A stretch of DNA of 64,000 bases from a virus. Shown here piece by piece: positions 21,684-33,072 of the stretch. The first letter of the stretch is position 1, and each line of letters begins with the position of its first letter. The translations under genes and the position numbers were made by a program. The stretch lies in the IMG/VR virus record IMGVR_UViG_3300020179_001470, positions 8,947 through 72,946 of that record, one strand, 5' to 3'. Below the pieces are notes generated by a model. The model worked only from the letters and a program-made list of their open reading frames with translations. It did not search any database and was not told the origin of the DNA.

Positions 21684-22058
21684 ATGAAAATAGCGCTGAT
21701 AGCTCACGACGGTAAGAAAGCAGACATGGTTGCTTTTGTTATGAAACGATTAGATTTCTTTAATCGAAAAGATGTGGAGATTGTTGCCACTGGAACCACG
21801 GGTAAAAGAATTATGTTTGCCGGCGTTACAAAAGTTGAACAAGTAAATTCTGGTCCAATGGGTGGAGACGCCCAAATAGCCGCCATGGTTTCGAGAAAAG
21901 AAATTGATGCAGTAATATTTTTCAGGGACCCATTGGATAAACATCCACATGAACCTGATGTTCAAATGTTAATGAGAGTATGTGATGTACATGAAGTTGC
22001 ATTATCCACAAACTACTCAAGCGCGAGAATGGTCGTAGACCATTTCACCAAAATTTAA
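21684..22058 (+). CDS. mgsA: Methylglyoxal synthase
   Basis: IALIAHDGKK, ATGTTG, SGPMGGDAQI, FFRDPL..HPHEPDV..L.R.CDVH. Confidence 0.95.
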   Translation: MKIALIAHDGKKADMVAFVMKRLDFFNRKDVEIVATGTTGKRIMFAGVTKVEQVNSGPMGGDAQIAAMVSRKEIDAVIFFRDPLDKHPHEPDVQMLMRVCDVHEVALSTNYSSARMVVDHFTKI

Positions 22059-22099
22059 ATTTTGGAACAATAGTTGTCTAACACTAAAGCACAAAAATT

Positions 22100-22666
22100 A
22101 TGTTTTACAAATATGATAAAACCCATCTCCTTTGGAGGAAAGATTGGAAAAAAGTAAAGATTACATTATCGGTAGTAATCGTTTTAGTTATTTCTTCATT
22201 TATTTTTGGGAGGTTTATAAGATTTAAAAATTTGGATGACTATGAAAAAGAATTGATTGTTGTTTCATTGGAGAAAGAAAAAAACAAGTTTTCAGAAGAT
22301 AAATTTGTCTCTGAATTAAAACGACTAAATGTTAAGTTTCCATATATAGTGATGGCACAAGCAATTGCAGAAACGGGTCATTATAAGAGTCAGGTGTTTA
22401 AAGAAAATAATAATCTCTTTGGAATGAAACAGGCGACTGTTAGAATCAACACCGCTAAGGGAACACAAAATGGTCATGCGTATTATGATAATTGGTATCA
22501 GTCTGTATATGATTACGCGTTTTATCAGTGTCGTTATCTTGGACAAATTAACTCAGAAAACGAATACTATTTGTATTTATCAAGTACTTATGCCGAAGCT
22601 GGTGATAGATATATAAATTTATTAAAAGAAATAATTAATACAGAAAATTTAAAAGAAAAATTTTAA
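22100..22666 (+). CDS. Glucosaminidase-domain (FlgJ-like) protein with N-terminal TM
   Basis: AQAIAETG, NNNLFGMK, YAE. Confidence 0.8.
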   Translation: MFYKYDKTHLLWRKDWKKVKITLSVVIVLVISSFIFGRFIRFKNLDDYEKELIVVSLEKEKNKFSEDKFVSELKRLNVKFPYIVMAQAIAETGHYKSQVFKENNNLFGMKQATVRINTAKGTQNGHAYYDNWYQSVYDYAFYQCRYLGQINSENEYYLYLSSTYAEAGDRYINLLKEIINTENLKEKF

Positions 22667-23019
22667 ATATGAATGTAAAACAAGTTACAATTATTTTTCA
22701 AAAACCATATTAGAAGTTCCCATAAACGGGAATTTTTTTTGCATTTATTTGGAAATATCAAAAATATTAAATATTATTTAGATGTTAAACACAAAAATAT
22801 GCAAACATTACTTTTCAACACAACAACAAAAGAAGTCAAACTTTACGAAGGTGAAAAACAATCCTCTAAATTATTAGATTTAGTAACTCAGGTTCCAACC
22901 GTCAGAATTGTAGAAAGTGGTTACTATGAGGTTATGAAAAAAATTGACGGCGGAGAAAAAAATATACCCGTTCTTAGAGTACCTATTTCTAATACCAACA
23001 TGTTCATTGAAAAATAAAA

Positions 23020-24927
23020 ATGATAAATTTTACTCCAAGTACATTTCAAAAAGATATTTTTGATTTTGTACTAAAAGACAATCGAAACTTAGTTGTATCG
23101 GCTGTTGCTGGTAGTGGTAAAACAACTACATTATTAAAATCATTAGATTTAATACCATTTGAATATTCTGTATTATTTCTTGCATTTAATAAAAGTATTG
23201 TTGATGAACTAATAGAGAGAGTACCCAAAAAAAGTAACATACATTTAAAAACTTTACATAAGTTTGGATACGGCACTATTAGAAAAAATTTCGATTCAAA
23301 TCTCGACCCTTTAAAATACAGAAGTATTGTTTGGAATGTGATTGATTTTCTAAGTGGTAAAAAAGAAAACTCAATAGATAAATATAAGTTTGATGAAGAG
23401 CATTTAAATTATTGTAATCAATTATCTGAGTACTTTAAAAGTAATGAAATTGATTATTCTAAATTTGTCACCGACATTGTCAACCTTTGTAATTTATCTA
23501 GATTGCATCTTGTTAATTTTGATATTAAACCGATAGGTGTTGGTGAAATAAATCGTTTATCCGAGATTCACTCAATTAGTAATCAGGACGGAGAATCGAC
23601 ATGTGCATGGTATCTTTCTAAATTGGGTATTTTCTACAAGAGTGAGGTTGACCACACAGACCAAATTTATTTACCTAACATTTTAAATCTACCAACCGAA
23701 ACATATGATTTTGTTTTCATTGATGAGTGTCAAGATTTGAATTCTTGTCAACGAATGTTGATGCAAAAAGCATTAAAACCAAATACAGGTAGATTCATTG
23801 CGGTTGGTGACCCCAAACAAGCAATATATGCATTTGCAGGCGCTGACCATGAATCATATGAGAAATTGAAAAGTATTCCGAACACACTTGAATTACCCTT
23901 ATCTTACACCTATAGGTGTGCACCACAAATTTTGAATTTAGTACGTCACTTAAATCCAGCAATAATCGCCCACCCAAAAAATAAAAAGGGAAAAGTTTTA
24001 GAAACATTTTCTTATAAAGACCTACAAGACGGTGACATGGTTTTATGTAGAAACACTTTTCCAATTGTGTCTCTCTGTATAAAACTTTTAAGTGAAGAAA
24101 AGAAATCCTATATCATAGGTTCAGATATTGGAAAATCACTCATCACATTGATTGAGTCTTCTCGAAATAAAACCCAAGAGTTTACTATGGAAAACGTTTT
24201 GTGTTCTTTACTTAAACAGAAGGAAAAAATGATTGAAAAGATAATGTCTTCACAAACAATGAAAAAAAGTGAGGCATCTGAAGACAGCCAAGTTGTTATC
24301 TTTTCTGAAAAAATTCAAGTTATCGAAGCGTTGAGTAATAATATAGAGGACCCAAATGTGGTAATAGAAAAAATACAAAAGATTTTTGCTGACGATAAAA
24401 AAAACGGGATTTGTTTAAGTACAATTCACAAATCTAAGGGTTTGGAAGCTGAAAGGGTTTTTATTATTCACCCCGAACTTATTCCGTCAAAGTTCGCAAC
24501 ATTACCTTGGCAAGTAGAACAAGAAAGGAATTTAGAATATGTTGCATACACAAGAGCGAAAACTACTTTAGGATTCATTAACGACTTTGACGCTTTCACC
24601 ACTCACAAAACAAGAGACATAAATGAATCAAAATTGAAAATTAGTAAACACGTTGGTAGTCCAGGTATGAAAATGTATTTTGAATTAACCGTAATTGACG
24701 TAAGAACAATAAATGGTATGTATGGGGAAACCACTGTGTACGATTTGGTTGATAAAAATGGTAACATGTTTTGTAAGTTTGGTAACATTAGTGATGAATA
24801 TCTTACAAATAACTTACAAAACAGAGTTGCAATAAATTCAAAAGTTTCTTTTTATGGAATAATAAAAGAACATTCTGATTTTAGGGGTAACAAAGTAACC
24901 AAATTAGGTAAAATATCACAATACTGA
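23020..24927 (+). CDS. SF1 UvrD/Rep-like helicase
   Basis: AVAGSGKTT, DECQD, VGDPKQAIYAFAGA, TYRC, STIHKSKGLE, YVAYTRA. Confidence 0.92.
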   Translation: MINFTPSTFQKDIFDFVLKDNRNLVVSAVAGSGKTTTLLKSLDLIPFEYSVLFLAFNKSIVDELIERVPKKSNIHLKTLHKFGYGTIRKNFDSNLDPLKYRSIVWNVIDFLSGKKENSIDKYKFDEEHLNYCNQLSEYFKSNEIDYSKFVTDIVNLCNLSRLHLVNFDIKPIGVGEINRLSEIHSISNQDGESTCAWYLSKLGIFYKSEVDHTDQIYLPNILNLPTETYDFVFIDECQDLNSCQRMLMQKALKPNTGRFIAVGDPKQAIYAFAGADHESYEKLKSIPNTLELPLSYTYRCAPQILNLVRHLNPAIIAHPKNKKGKVLETFSYKDLQDGDMVLCRNTFPIVSLCIKLLSEEKKSYIIGSDIGKSLITLIESSRNKTQEFTMENVLCSLLKQKEKMIEKIMSSQTMKKSEASEDSQVVIFSEKIQVIEALSNNIEDPNVVIEKIQKIFADDKKNGICLSTIHKSKGLEAERVFIIHPELIPSKFATLPWQVEQERNLEYVAYTRAKTTLGFINDFDAFTTHKTRDINESKLKISKHVGSPGMKMYFELTVIDVRTINGMYGETTVYDLVDKNGNMFCKFGNISDEYLTNNLQNRVAINSKVSFYGIIKEHSDFRGNKVTKLGKISQY

Positions 24928-24963
24928 TTTGACAATTTGAAATATTTTAACTATATTTGAAAC

Positions 24964-25449
24964 ATGGGATGCGATATTCATGTTTATTTAGAAAAATACA
25001 CCTCAGTAAATGGTGAGAACAAGTGGGTCAACGTTGACCATTGGCAAGTAAATCCAAATTTCGGCATTTTTGAAAACGAACCTGAGTACGACCAAGTTTC
25101 TTTTTATTGGGGTAGGAATTACGATTTGTTTTCAATTCTTGCTGAGATTAGGGGTTCCATGGACTCAATTGACAGTCCAAGAGGATTACCTGAGGATGTG
25201 AGTTCAGTCACTAAAAAACAATACGATATACACCGAGAAATCCATACCCCTTCTTACTACACACTAAAAGAACTGAAGGATTATCTATATAACAATTCCG
25301 ACAATGAAGAAATAGTTGAGAACTTGAAAGGTTTTGTTGAGCGTATGGACAACAGATTTAAAGAAGAGTTTTGGATAACAAACGACGACGAAAAGAGATA
25401 CACAGTTAAAGAGAATGGATTCAGGGTTGTCTTTTGGTTTGACAATTAA
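24964..25449 (+). CDS. Hypothetical phage protein
   Basis: MGCDIH...RNYDLF...PRGLPED...RVVFWFDN pattern. Confidence 0.7.
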   Translation: MGCDIHVYLEKYTSVNGENKWVNVDHWQVNPNFGIFENEPEYDQVSFYWGRNYDLFSILAEIRGSMDSIDSPRGLPEDVSSVTKKQYDIHREIHTPSYYTLKELKDYLYNNSDNEEIVENLKGFVERMDNRFKEEFWITNDDEKRYTVKENGFRVVFWFDN

Positions 25450-26009
25450 TTTTATCAATGTTAGACGATAAATTATATAATGCAGCAAGAGAGTTCGTTA
25501 AAAAATACGAACAAGAAAATGTTAGTGAACACATCATTAACATTATAGTTTCAATTATGAGAACGAGAGATAGCATTGGACCTGTTGGTGGTGGTTTTGT
25601 TCAGTGCGTAGTAAACAATGATTTGTATGGTGCTTTGGTTAGGGCGGATAATGAATGTTTGAAGCATATTAAATTAATTGCGTTATCTAAAAATAATTGT
25701 TTTTGTGAAATTTAATTTATTTTTTTACTATAAAATTTTATATTTAGAACATGAAAAAACTTACATTAATATTAACACTTAGTTTGGTTTTTATGTCTTG
25801 TAAATACAAAACTACTTACATCGACAAAAAAGTAAAATGCGTCATTGATTCTGTGGAATACCATGGCGTTAGTCAAGACAATACTATGCAAACAACACCG
25901 TATTGGAAATTATATTTAAGAGAACCTAAAATAAAAATAACTTCACATAGGTGCTACGAAAAAGGTGACACTATTGAGGTTATAGAAAGACAAATAAAAA
26001 AATAAAAAT

Positions 26010-26882
26010 ATGATTAATAGAACTTTTACTCCCGAGTGGAAACTATGGATTTGGTCGAACATTGTTAAGGGATACGATAAAGAATCCATATTTAATGTAT
26101 TATTGAATAACGGATTCGATTATAATTTAATAAAAAAAGAATTAGAAATCGAACCGACGAATGCTCTAATTTGGCAAAGACAATATTCACAGGAAAATCT
26201 CAACCAATCTTACGAAATTGAATTATACCCATTTAATAAATCTATTTGTGATGACCCAAAAGCTTATAGAATTGAAAACAATTTCGTTGAAATATATCAT
26301 TATCCTGAATTATTAACGTTGTCCGAATGTGATGATTTGATAATCATCACGGATAAAAAATTAAATTCACAGAAAAAATCTAAAGACGTACAATCACCTT
26401 TGATTCATAAATTAGATAAGAAGTCAAAACTTTACAAAAAAGTAAATGAGAGAATTAATTCTGTGGTGGGACTTTTAGACTCTTTTGGTGAAGATATTTT
26501 TATTCAAAAAATAAGACCTGAATTTGACTACAAAGAAAAATACGATTTCCTACTGCCCAATCAAATATTGGAGGATAAATTATTTACAAACATGGGCATG
26601 AGGATATGGAGCGTTCAAATATCATTAAATAACATCACTGAGGGGGGTCATTTAACTTTCCAATCTATTGATAGAAGTGTAAAACCCATTAAAGGAGATG
26701 GTGTAATTTGGAAAAATTTATATCACGACTTTAAACCAAATCCGTACACTAAACATACACATTTTAAAACAACCGAAGGTGACAAATATGTGTTGTTCAA
26801 ATATTATAGAATGGAGGATGGTAGTCAGGTTAAAAAAGAAGGTCAACAAGAGATTGAAATCCAACTCGATGAAGTTAAGTAG
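26010..26882 (+). CDS. 2OG-Fe(II) oxygenase/prolyl-hydroxylase-like protein, possibly degenerate
   Basis: LTLSECD, LNNITEGGHLTF, VKPIKGDGVIW, GDKY; expected HxD reads KYD. Confidence 0.6.
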   Translation: MINRTFTPEWKLWIWSNIVKGYDKESIFNVLLNNGFDYNLIKKELEIEPTNALIWQRQYSQENLNQSYEIELYPFNKSICDDPKAYRIENNFVEIYHYPELLTLSECDDLIIITDKKLNSQKKSKDVQSPLIHKLDKKSKLYKKVNERINSVVGLLDSFGEDIFIQKIRPEFDYKEKYDFLLPNQILEDKLFTNMGMRIWSVQISLNNITEGGHLTFQSIDRSVKPIKGDGVIWKNLYHDFKPNPYTKHTHFKTTEGDKYVLFKYYRMEDGSQVKKEGQQEIEIQLDEVK

Positions 26883-27165
26883 TCTTATTTTATTTCTTGT
26901 ATTGGTTAGTTCATACTCTCAACCTAATACAAAACAAGTTTTGAATGAATCCAACAACCCCCCAAAATATTAAATTAACTAATCAAAGTGAGTTCAGAGT
27001 TTTTGAATGGAAACATAAAGGACATACATACCTAATAATTGATATCCCCCATGGTTCAGGAATCACACACGCAGGACATTGTCCCTGTGGAAAATAAATT
27101 AACAACAGAACAGGAAGATATTTTGTGGTGGGAACACTATGAAAAAATGTATTTAACCAACAAAG

Positions 27166-27705
27166 ATGGGGAATCTGAATTTTTATGAGGATATAAAAAT
27201 TGGTCAAACCAATGAGCAAGTCGTTATTGAAGTATTTGAAAAAGAATATAACGCCATTTGTGTTGGGAAGAGTGAAAAGGAAAATGGTGATTTAAAAGAG
27301 TTTGATTTAATATTCAATTTCCCAACCAAAACTCACGTGGTTGCTGAGGTTAAGACTGAAGATAAGTGGGTACAACCTGGTAGATGGTTACCAAATGGTG
27401 CATACTTTCCCGGAATAGACACAGGAAACATTTGTATCGAATTTAGGATGCACGGTAAAGACAGTGGAATCATGGTAACCAAATCTGATTTGTGGGTGAT
27501 AGTGTTTATGAATATCAAAGAGATTTGGGTCGTGAGAACCGAAAAATTAAAGAAGTTATTATCTCAAAATAACTTCAATATTAAGATTGGTGGTGACGAA
27601 GTTTATGCTGGTACAAATACGGCAATACCCGAGGAAAAAAGGTCACACATGTATCTTATTCCAAGAAAAGAATACGAAAATCATTTTACAATTTTAAAAT
27701 ACTAA
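27166..27705 (+). CDS. PD-(D/E)XK-like nuclease
   Basis: FDL...EVKTED, TGNICIE, SGIMVTKSD. Confidence 0.6.
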   Translation: MGNLNFYEDIKIGQTNEQVVIEVFEKEYNAICVGKSEKENGDLKEFDLIFNFPTKTHVVAEVKTEDKWVQPGRWLPNGAYFPGIDTGNICIEFRMHGKDSGIMVTKSDLWVIVFMNIKEIWVVRTEKLKKLLSQNNFNIKIGGDEVYAGTNTAIPEEKRSHMYLIPRKEYENHFTILKY

Positions 27706-28118
27706 GAAGACTTTTCTCTAATAAAATCTCTTATTATTTTACCCATTACATTTGCGAAATTCAATTCAATTAATTCTTCTTGGTTTACAAATCTAAGGTA
27801 TTGACCTTCATTTAATGGGATTTCATTAATTGGTTTGTTTATTACACCTTGAAATATGTATTTCATATTAGGTGTCACGTCACCTTCTATACAAACATAC
27901 TTCTTCCAAAAAGAAAAGTTTCTCAGATTATTTGAATCAAATTCAATTTCCTCTATCATCTCCCTTTTCAAAGCTTCTAATGGTGTCTCCCTTTTCTCCA
28001 CATGACCACCAATTAAATCCCAATGGTTAGGAAAGGGTATTTCGGGATTATTATCTCTTAGGTAAACCAAATATTCACCCTGAAGATTCTGAAGTATTAT
28101 TTGAGATATTCGTATCAT
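27702..28118 (-). CDS. NUDIX hydrolase
   Basis: GGHVEKRETPLEALKREMIEE Nudix box. Confidence 0.9.
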   Translation of the reverse strand: MIRISQIILQNLQGEYLVYLRDNNPEIPFPNHWDLIGGHVEKRETPLEALKREMIEEIEFDSNNLRNFSFWKKYVCIEGDVTPNMKYIFQGVINKPINEIPLNEGQYLRFVNQEELIELNFANVMGKIIRDFIREKSS

Positions 28119-28544
28119 AATTTTGAATTATAAAGATAAATATTTATATTTTACATATGAAAATATTATTATTAACATTTGGTGTACTATTTTTAATTGT
28201 TATGTACTTCTTAACAACCGAAATAACAATAAACGGGGAACATAATCGGACAGCGTTTAAAATAAAATCAATATTTTATTGGTTTGCTGTTACTTCATCT
28301 TTTTGTTTGAGGTACATTGTTGCTTTAAAATTTTAAAAAAATATGAAATGACTAATGCAGAAGTACACGAATATTATGGTTGGTTGGCGTTCAGTGAGGG
28401 TTTCTTTCAACAATGGCAAGACGAGGTTTCGAGAAGAATTTTGACTTTAAATCCACATGAAAGTAAAAGAGAGTCTGTGAGGGCTGATATATCTATGCAA
28501 GTTTACAAGGAAATGTTAAAACGTAAATCTAATTTAGATTAACG

Positions 28545-29003
28545 ATGACATTTTTGGAAAAAATTAAATTATTAGTGGACAAAAGATATGTGTCCGAGTT
28601 TTTAAAAAAACATAAAGATGAATACTTCTGTAATAAATGGTGGTGCCATAAAATTCAAATCTCAACACTACATCTTTCTGAAATTAAAAGTAGTTTAAAA
28701 AACATAGACCTTATTGACCCATTATATAAACAAATAGAAAAAGAAATACTTGAGAAGGGTTTTGATTATAATAAAAGTTACATTTATGTTTCTAATAAAA
28801 AATATATTATAGATGGTCATCACCGATATTTTATTTTAAAAAAACATTTCGAAGGTACATTTCTAATTACGGTTTTCGTACTTACAGATATGAATAGTAG
28901 GTATTTGTATATTTTGAAAATGTCAATTGTTCATTTGTTTGTTTGGTTGATTAGATTTTTATTTAAAAGAAATAAAGGTCAAATTATAGAGTTGAATCTT
29001 TAA
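28545..29003 (+). CDS. ParB/Srx-like domain protein
   Basis: IIDGHHRY. Confidence 0.55.
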   Translation: MTFLEKIKLLVDKRYVSEFLKKHKDEYFCNKWWCHKIQISTLHLSEIKSSLKNIDLIDPLYKQIEKEILEKGFDYNKSYIYVSNKKYIIDGHHRYFILKKHFEGTFLITVFVLTDMNSRYLYILKMSIVHLFVWLIRFLFKRNKGQIIELNL

Positions 29004-29020
29004 AAGAGATAATTATAGAT

Positions 29021-29716
29021 ATGAAAATAGATGCACTTTTTATTTCAGATGTTCACCTTGGTACGAAAGGTAGTAATTCTGAAATGGTTTTAGAGGTGTT
29101 AAAATCTTACGAACCGAATTATCTATTTTTAGTGGGTGACATCATAGATGGTTGGATGTTACAAAGAAAGTTCAGATGGAAACAATCTGACACAAATGTT
29201 ATTAGAAAAATATTATCACACTCTAAACGAGGTTGTCATGTAGTCTATATCACAGGTAATCACGACGAATTTTTGAGACAGTATAATGATTTATCTTTTG
29301 GTAATATTGAAATATGTAACGAGTATAAGTATGGTAATGTTTTTATAACACACGGAGATTTATACGATGGTGTTGTAAAATTGAAATGGTTAGGTGTTTT
29401 AGGTTCAATTGGGTATGATATTGCAATATCAGTCGATAGAACCCTCAAAAAATTTGGACACAAAAGGTCTTTATCAAAATTTTTAAAAGACAGTGTAAAA
29501 GAAGCCGTAAAATTCATAACAAGTTTTGAATTAGAGTTGGTTAGACAAGCAAAAAAAAGAGAATGTGACACGGTAATTTGTGGTCACATACACAATCCTG
29601 AAGATAAAATTATTGAAGGTGTGAGATATTTGAATTGTGGGGATTGGGTTGAGAATAATACTTATATAATACACCATAATGGTAAATTTGAACTTCAGAA
29701 ATATGACACTCTATAG
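29021..29716 (+). CDS. LpxH-like UDP-2,3-diacylglucosamine hydrolase family metallophosphoesterase
   Basis: ISDVHLG, GDIIDGW, GNHDE, HGD, CGHIH, NCGDWVE. Confidence 0.8.
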   Translation: MKIDALFISDVHLGTKGSNSEMVLEVLKSYEPNYLFLVGDIIDGWMLQRKFRWKQSDTNVIRKILSHSKRGCHVVYITGNHDEFLRQYNDLSFGNIEICNEYKYGNVFITHGDLYDGVVKLKWLGVLGSIGYDIAISVDRTLKKFGHKRSLSKFLKDSVKEAVKFITSFELELVRQAKKRECDTVICGHIHNPEDKIIEGVRYLNCGDWVENNTYIIHHNGKFELQKYDTL

Positions 29717-30440
29717 ACCTAAAAAAATAAAAGATAAAATCACAATTGTAATCCCATGTTACAATGAGGAGAGGTATATAAAAAAAACAATTGATTCAAT
29801 ATACAATCAAGTATTAATCGAGGGAACGCGTGTAATCGTATCCGACAACTATTCAACCGATAGAACTAGAGCAATCATAAACAATCTTTCACATATGTAT
29901 TCAGATAGATTGAATATAGAAATGATTAATGGTGGTAGGGTTGGTGTTGCCAGAAATTTAGGTAGTGATTTAGTCAGGACAGAATACATACTTTTTTTAG
30001 ACGCGGATATCCGGTTGTTTAACAATGTAACGATACATGATTGTCTTGAAGATATGGTTGAGGACAAATTGGACTTGATGACTTGTAAAGTTAAATCGGT
30101 ATCGTCGGGTTGGAGGTCTAAACTAGCATTTGTTAGTTTTAATATAGTCAATCAAATAGTCAGTCACTTTACACCTTTCGCGGTCGGAACGTTTTTTCTA
30201 ACGAGAACCGATAGATTCTTCGAAATGGGAAAGTTTAGTGAGGATTACCCACACAGTGAAGATTATGGTCTAAGTAGAAAATACAACCCAAAAAAGTTTA
30301 GAATATCAGAACATTATGTCGGTCAAGATGACCGTAGGTTCAAAAAAATGGGGTATTTTGGTATGATTAAACTACTTGTTAGGTCATTTTTCAATAGAAA
30401 AAACGAAGAATATTTCAAGAAAGACATAGGTTATTGGTGA
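29703..30440 (+). CDS. GT2 glycosyltransferase
   Basis: IVIPCYNEE, SDNYSTD, ARNLG, FLDAD, ED. Confidence 0.9.
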   Translation: MTLYRPKKIKDKITIVIPCYNEERYIKKTIDSIYNQVLIEGTRVIVSDNYSTDRTRAIINNLSHMYSDRLNIEMINGGRVGVARNLGSDLVRTEYILFLDADIRLFNNVTIHDCLEDMVEDKLDLMTCKVKSVSSGWRSKLAFVSFNIVNQIVSHFTPFAVGTFFLTRTDRFFEMGKFSEDYPHSEDYGLSRKYNPKKFRISEHYVGQDDRRFKKMGYFGMIKLLVRSFFNRKNEEYFKKDIGYW

Positions 30441-31183
30441 TTTCAAAAAAAATTTTGAAATAGTTAAATTTATTCATAATATTGACAAATGATTGTACTT
30501 TTATTATTCATCATTTGCATATTATTGTATGCAATTAATGAAAACATCCGAAAAAAATGACCTATGATACATTCCAACCTTCAGGTATACGATTACCTAC
30601 AACCTCATTACAAATGGAATTTAGTATCAATAGCATTCTGTGATAGAATATTGATGGTTATGGTTTCCAATGGGTGTAGTGAGAAAGAATTTTTAGATTT
30701 GAAAGAATATCTAACAAAAAACATGTTTCACAGACATGATGAAACTAACGTCTATTATCGACTTAAAAGTAGGGGAGGGGAATTTGTTAATCCAATTGTT
30801 TTTGACAAAGAAAACGGAAATAGCAGGGTCGAAATGACTAAAAGGTTTATTGGTAGAAATTTACTGATTTAATATTACTTTTGTATGGTGATACACAAAA
30901 AAGTCAAAGAAGCATACCAAGAATATATCGAGTGGTATGATAATTTAGGTATAAATAAGGAATACCTTAAAGAGGTAAAAATCAAGAGTCTAACTGAATT
31001 TGCGCAAAGTATGATTAATGATTATGAACTTTGGTACATGTTTGGTGAGGATTGTACCTTACCACTGTCACTTTTAGAAAGACAAGAAATATACAAGGAA
31101 AGATACCCAATTTCATGGGATATTTTATCTCATAAGCATTATGATGATTTTTTAATACCGACAGTTAAACTAATTGAGTAAAA

Positions 31184-31768
31184 ATGAAGTACATATTAAA
31201 AACTTATGGGTGGAGCGCCGAGTTTATCGGTAAGAAACTTACAGACGAACAAGTCCAAAAAATTGAACTTTTAAAAGAAGAAAAAAAGTACGATGAACTT
31301 TGGGAAGTTAGATTTGACTTGGAAAGTTTAGATATTGACATTTACGATGGTGACATCTTTCACGTAAACAAAGCATTGGATAACCAAACAATGACTTTTG
31401 AACTTGAAGATGAAAACGGTAACAACGTATTATCTTTTGGTATTGAAGATATTCAGACAATCTCTTCAGTGAATGAGGATTGGGATGATTATATTTCACA
31501 TCGAGCATTCCCAATGGAAAGGGGCGAGAACATCTATGTGAGTGTTGATGAAAACAAAGGTGGTATTTGGGAATATGAAATTGAATCTGAAACGGTTCCA
31601 ACCATTGAAGATTTCACCTACTGTCATGGCTCTGTCGACTTTCCTGATGGGGACTGGGATTACATCGATAGAATATTTTTTAAGGGTGAATCCATCGAAC
31701 CCTCTGATTTTTTGGACAACTGGGGTAAATCCTCTCAGGTAGACATTTTTAAATTTGAAGAAAACTAG
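31184..31768 (+). CDS. Acidic hypothetical protein
   Basis: 194-aa D/E-rich ORF. Confidence 0.6.
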   Translation: MKYILKTYGWSAEFIGKKLTDEQVQKIELLKEEKKYDELWEVRFDLESLDIDIYDGDIFHVNKALDNQTMTFELEDENGNNVLSFGIEDIQTISSVNEDWDDYISHRAFPMERGENIYVSVDENKGGIWEYEIESETVPTIEDFTYCHGSVDFPDGDWDYIDRIFFKGESIEPSDFLDNWGKSSQVDIFKFEEN

Positions 31769-32667
31769 TTCACCTTGTAAAGAATGTCCTTGGGTTGTCA
31801 GGAATAATAACAATGACGCAATTATTCATTTTTCCAAAAGAATGAGTAGACCACACGCATGTCACATGATTCAAAAAGATATATGGGGCGTTTCCAAAGA
31901 TAATATTTGTAAGGGTAGTAAAATACACTTTAAAAAAATTAAATTTATTTAATACATTTAAAAATTAGTTTTTTGTGATTTTTTTGTATTTCACGAAAAT
32001 TTATTTATATTTGAAGAAAAAACGACCATGGAAAAACTTCCTTTTTGGTTAAACAACTTGGTATACTTCTTATCGGGGGTTGGATTTGGATTTTTAATAT
32101 TTTTATATCTATGAACACATTTAGTATTGGTCAACGGGTGTTATACAATCGAATGGAATGTATTGTAACCAATGCATCCATCGCTAGTGGAAAAAAGTAT
32201 GAAGTTTCACCCGTTGGTCGTAATCAATATTTTGTTGTGGGATATTGGGAACTTGAAACACCTAAAATTACATACAATGGACAACCAAGGAAAGAGAAAA
32301 GAACAAATTGAATTCAGTGAAAAAATGACTTTTTGGTCATTAGTAAGTATTATCGCGATTATTGTTAGTTTGATAATACTTAATAGGTGAAGACAATGAA
32401 TATGAGAATATATAAAGCATCAGGTTACACAGAAAATCACACTATGTGCGCAGGAACAGTTTACAAATTTGAGGACCGATGGTTCTTTCGTTATATTTTA
32501 ATGCTCGACGATGAATACACCGAAATACCGGTTAATGAGGAATCTATCCCAAAATCAAAATGGATGTATGATTTTTTTTCCTCGGGTGTTAGGGTAAACG
32601 CTCGAATTGTAACCAAACAAAGAGAAGACGGTACCAAATACGATGAAGCAATTATTACCGAGTAAAA

Positions 32668-32937
32668 ATGAAAACATTTAAAGATTTAGAATTCGAACAA
32701 ATCGATGGAGCGCCATATATGGTGGGTAAAAAAGTTCGTGTACAATTTGATAATGGATACGGGGTGTCTGTTGTTTCTCACACATTTTCCTACGGAGGTA
32801 AAGATGGTTTGTACGAACTTGCGGTCTTAGATAAAAATGGTGACCTCACCTACGAAACACCAATAACCAACGATGTCCTAGGTTATTTGGAACCTGAAGA
32901 AGTTACAGAGATTATGACAAAAGTACAGTCTCTGTAA
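32668..32937 (+). CDS. Hypothetical phage protein
   Basis: FDNGYGVSVV...GLYELAVL...DVLGYL pattern. Confidence 0.7.
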   Translation: MKTFKDLEFEQIDGAPYMVGKKVRVQFDNGYGVSVVSHTFSYGGKDGLYELAVLDKNGDLTYETPITNDVLGYLEPEEVTEIMTKVQSL

Positions 32938-33065
32938 TGATAGATAATATAGAATTAATTAAGTCATTACTCAACTTCGAAGATAAGGGTGATTTCTATA
33001 TGCTCTATATCTTCAAACGAAAGAAAGACCCAACACTACTTTATTTACCAAACTCTTTAAGTTAA
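32937..33065 (+). pseudogene. Short, probably truncated ORF (MIDNIELIKSLLNFEDKGDFYMLYIFKRKKD...)
   Basis: Resembles the N-terminus of a longer Bacteroidota-phage protein family; stops after 42 aa. Confidence 0.45.
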
Positions 33066-33072
33066 AAGATTA

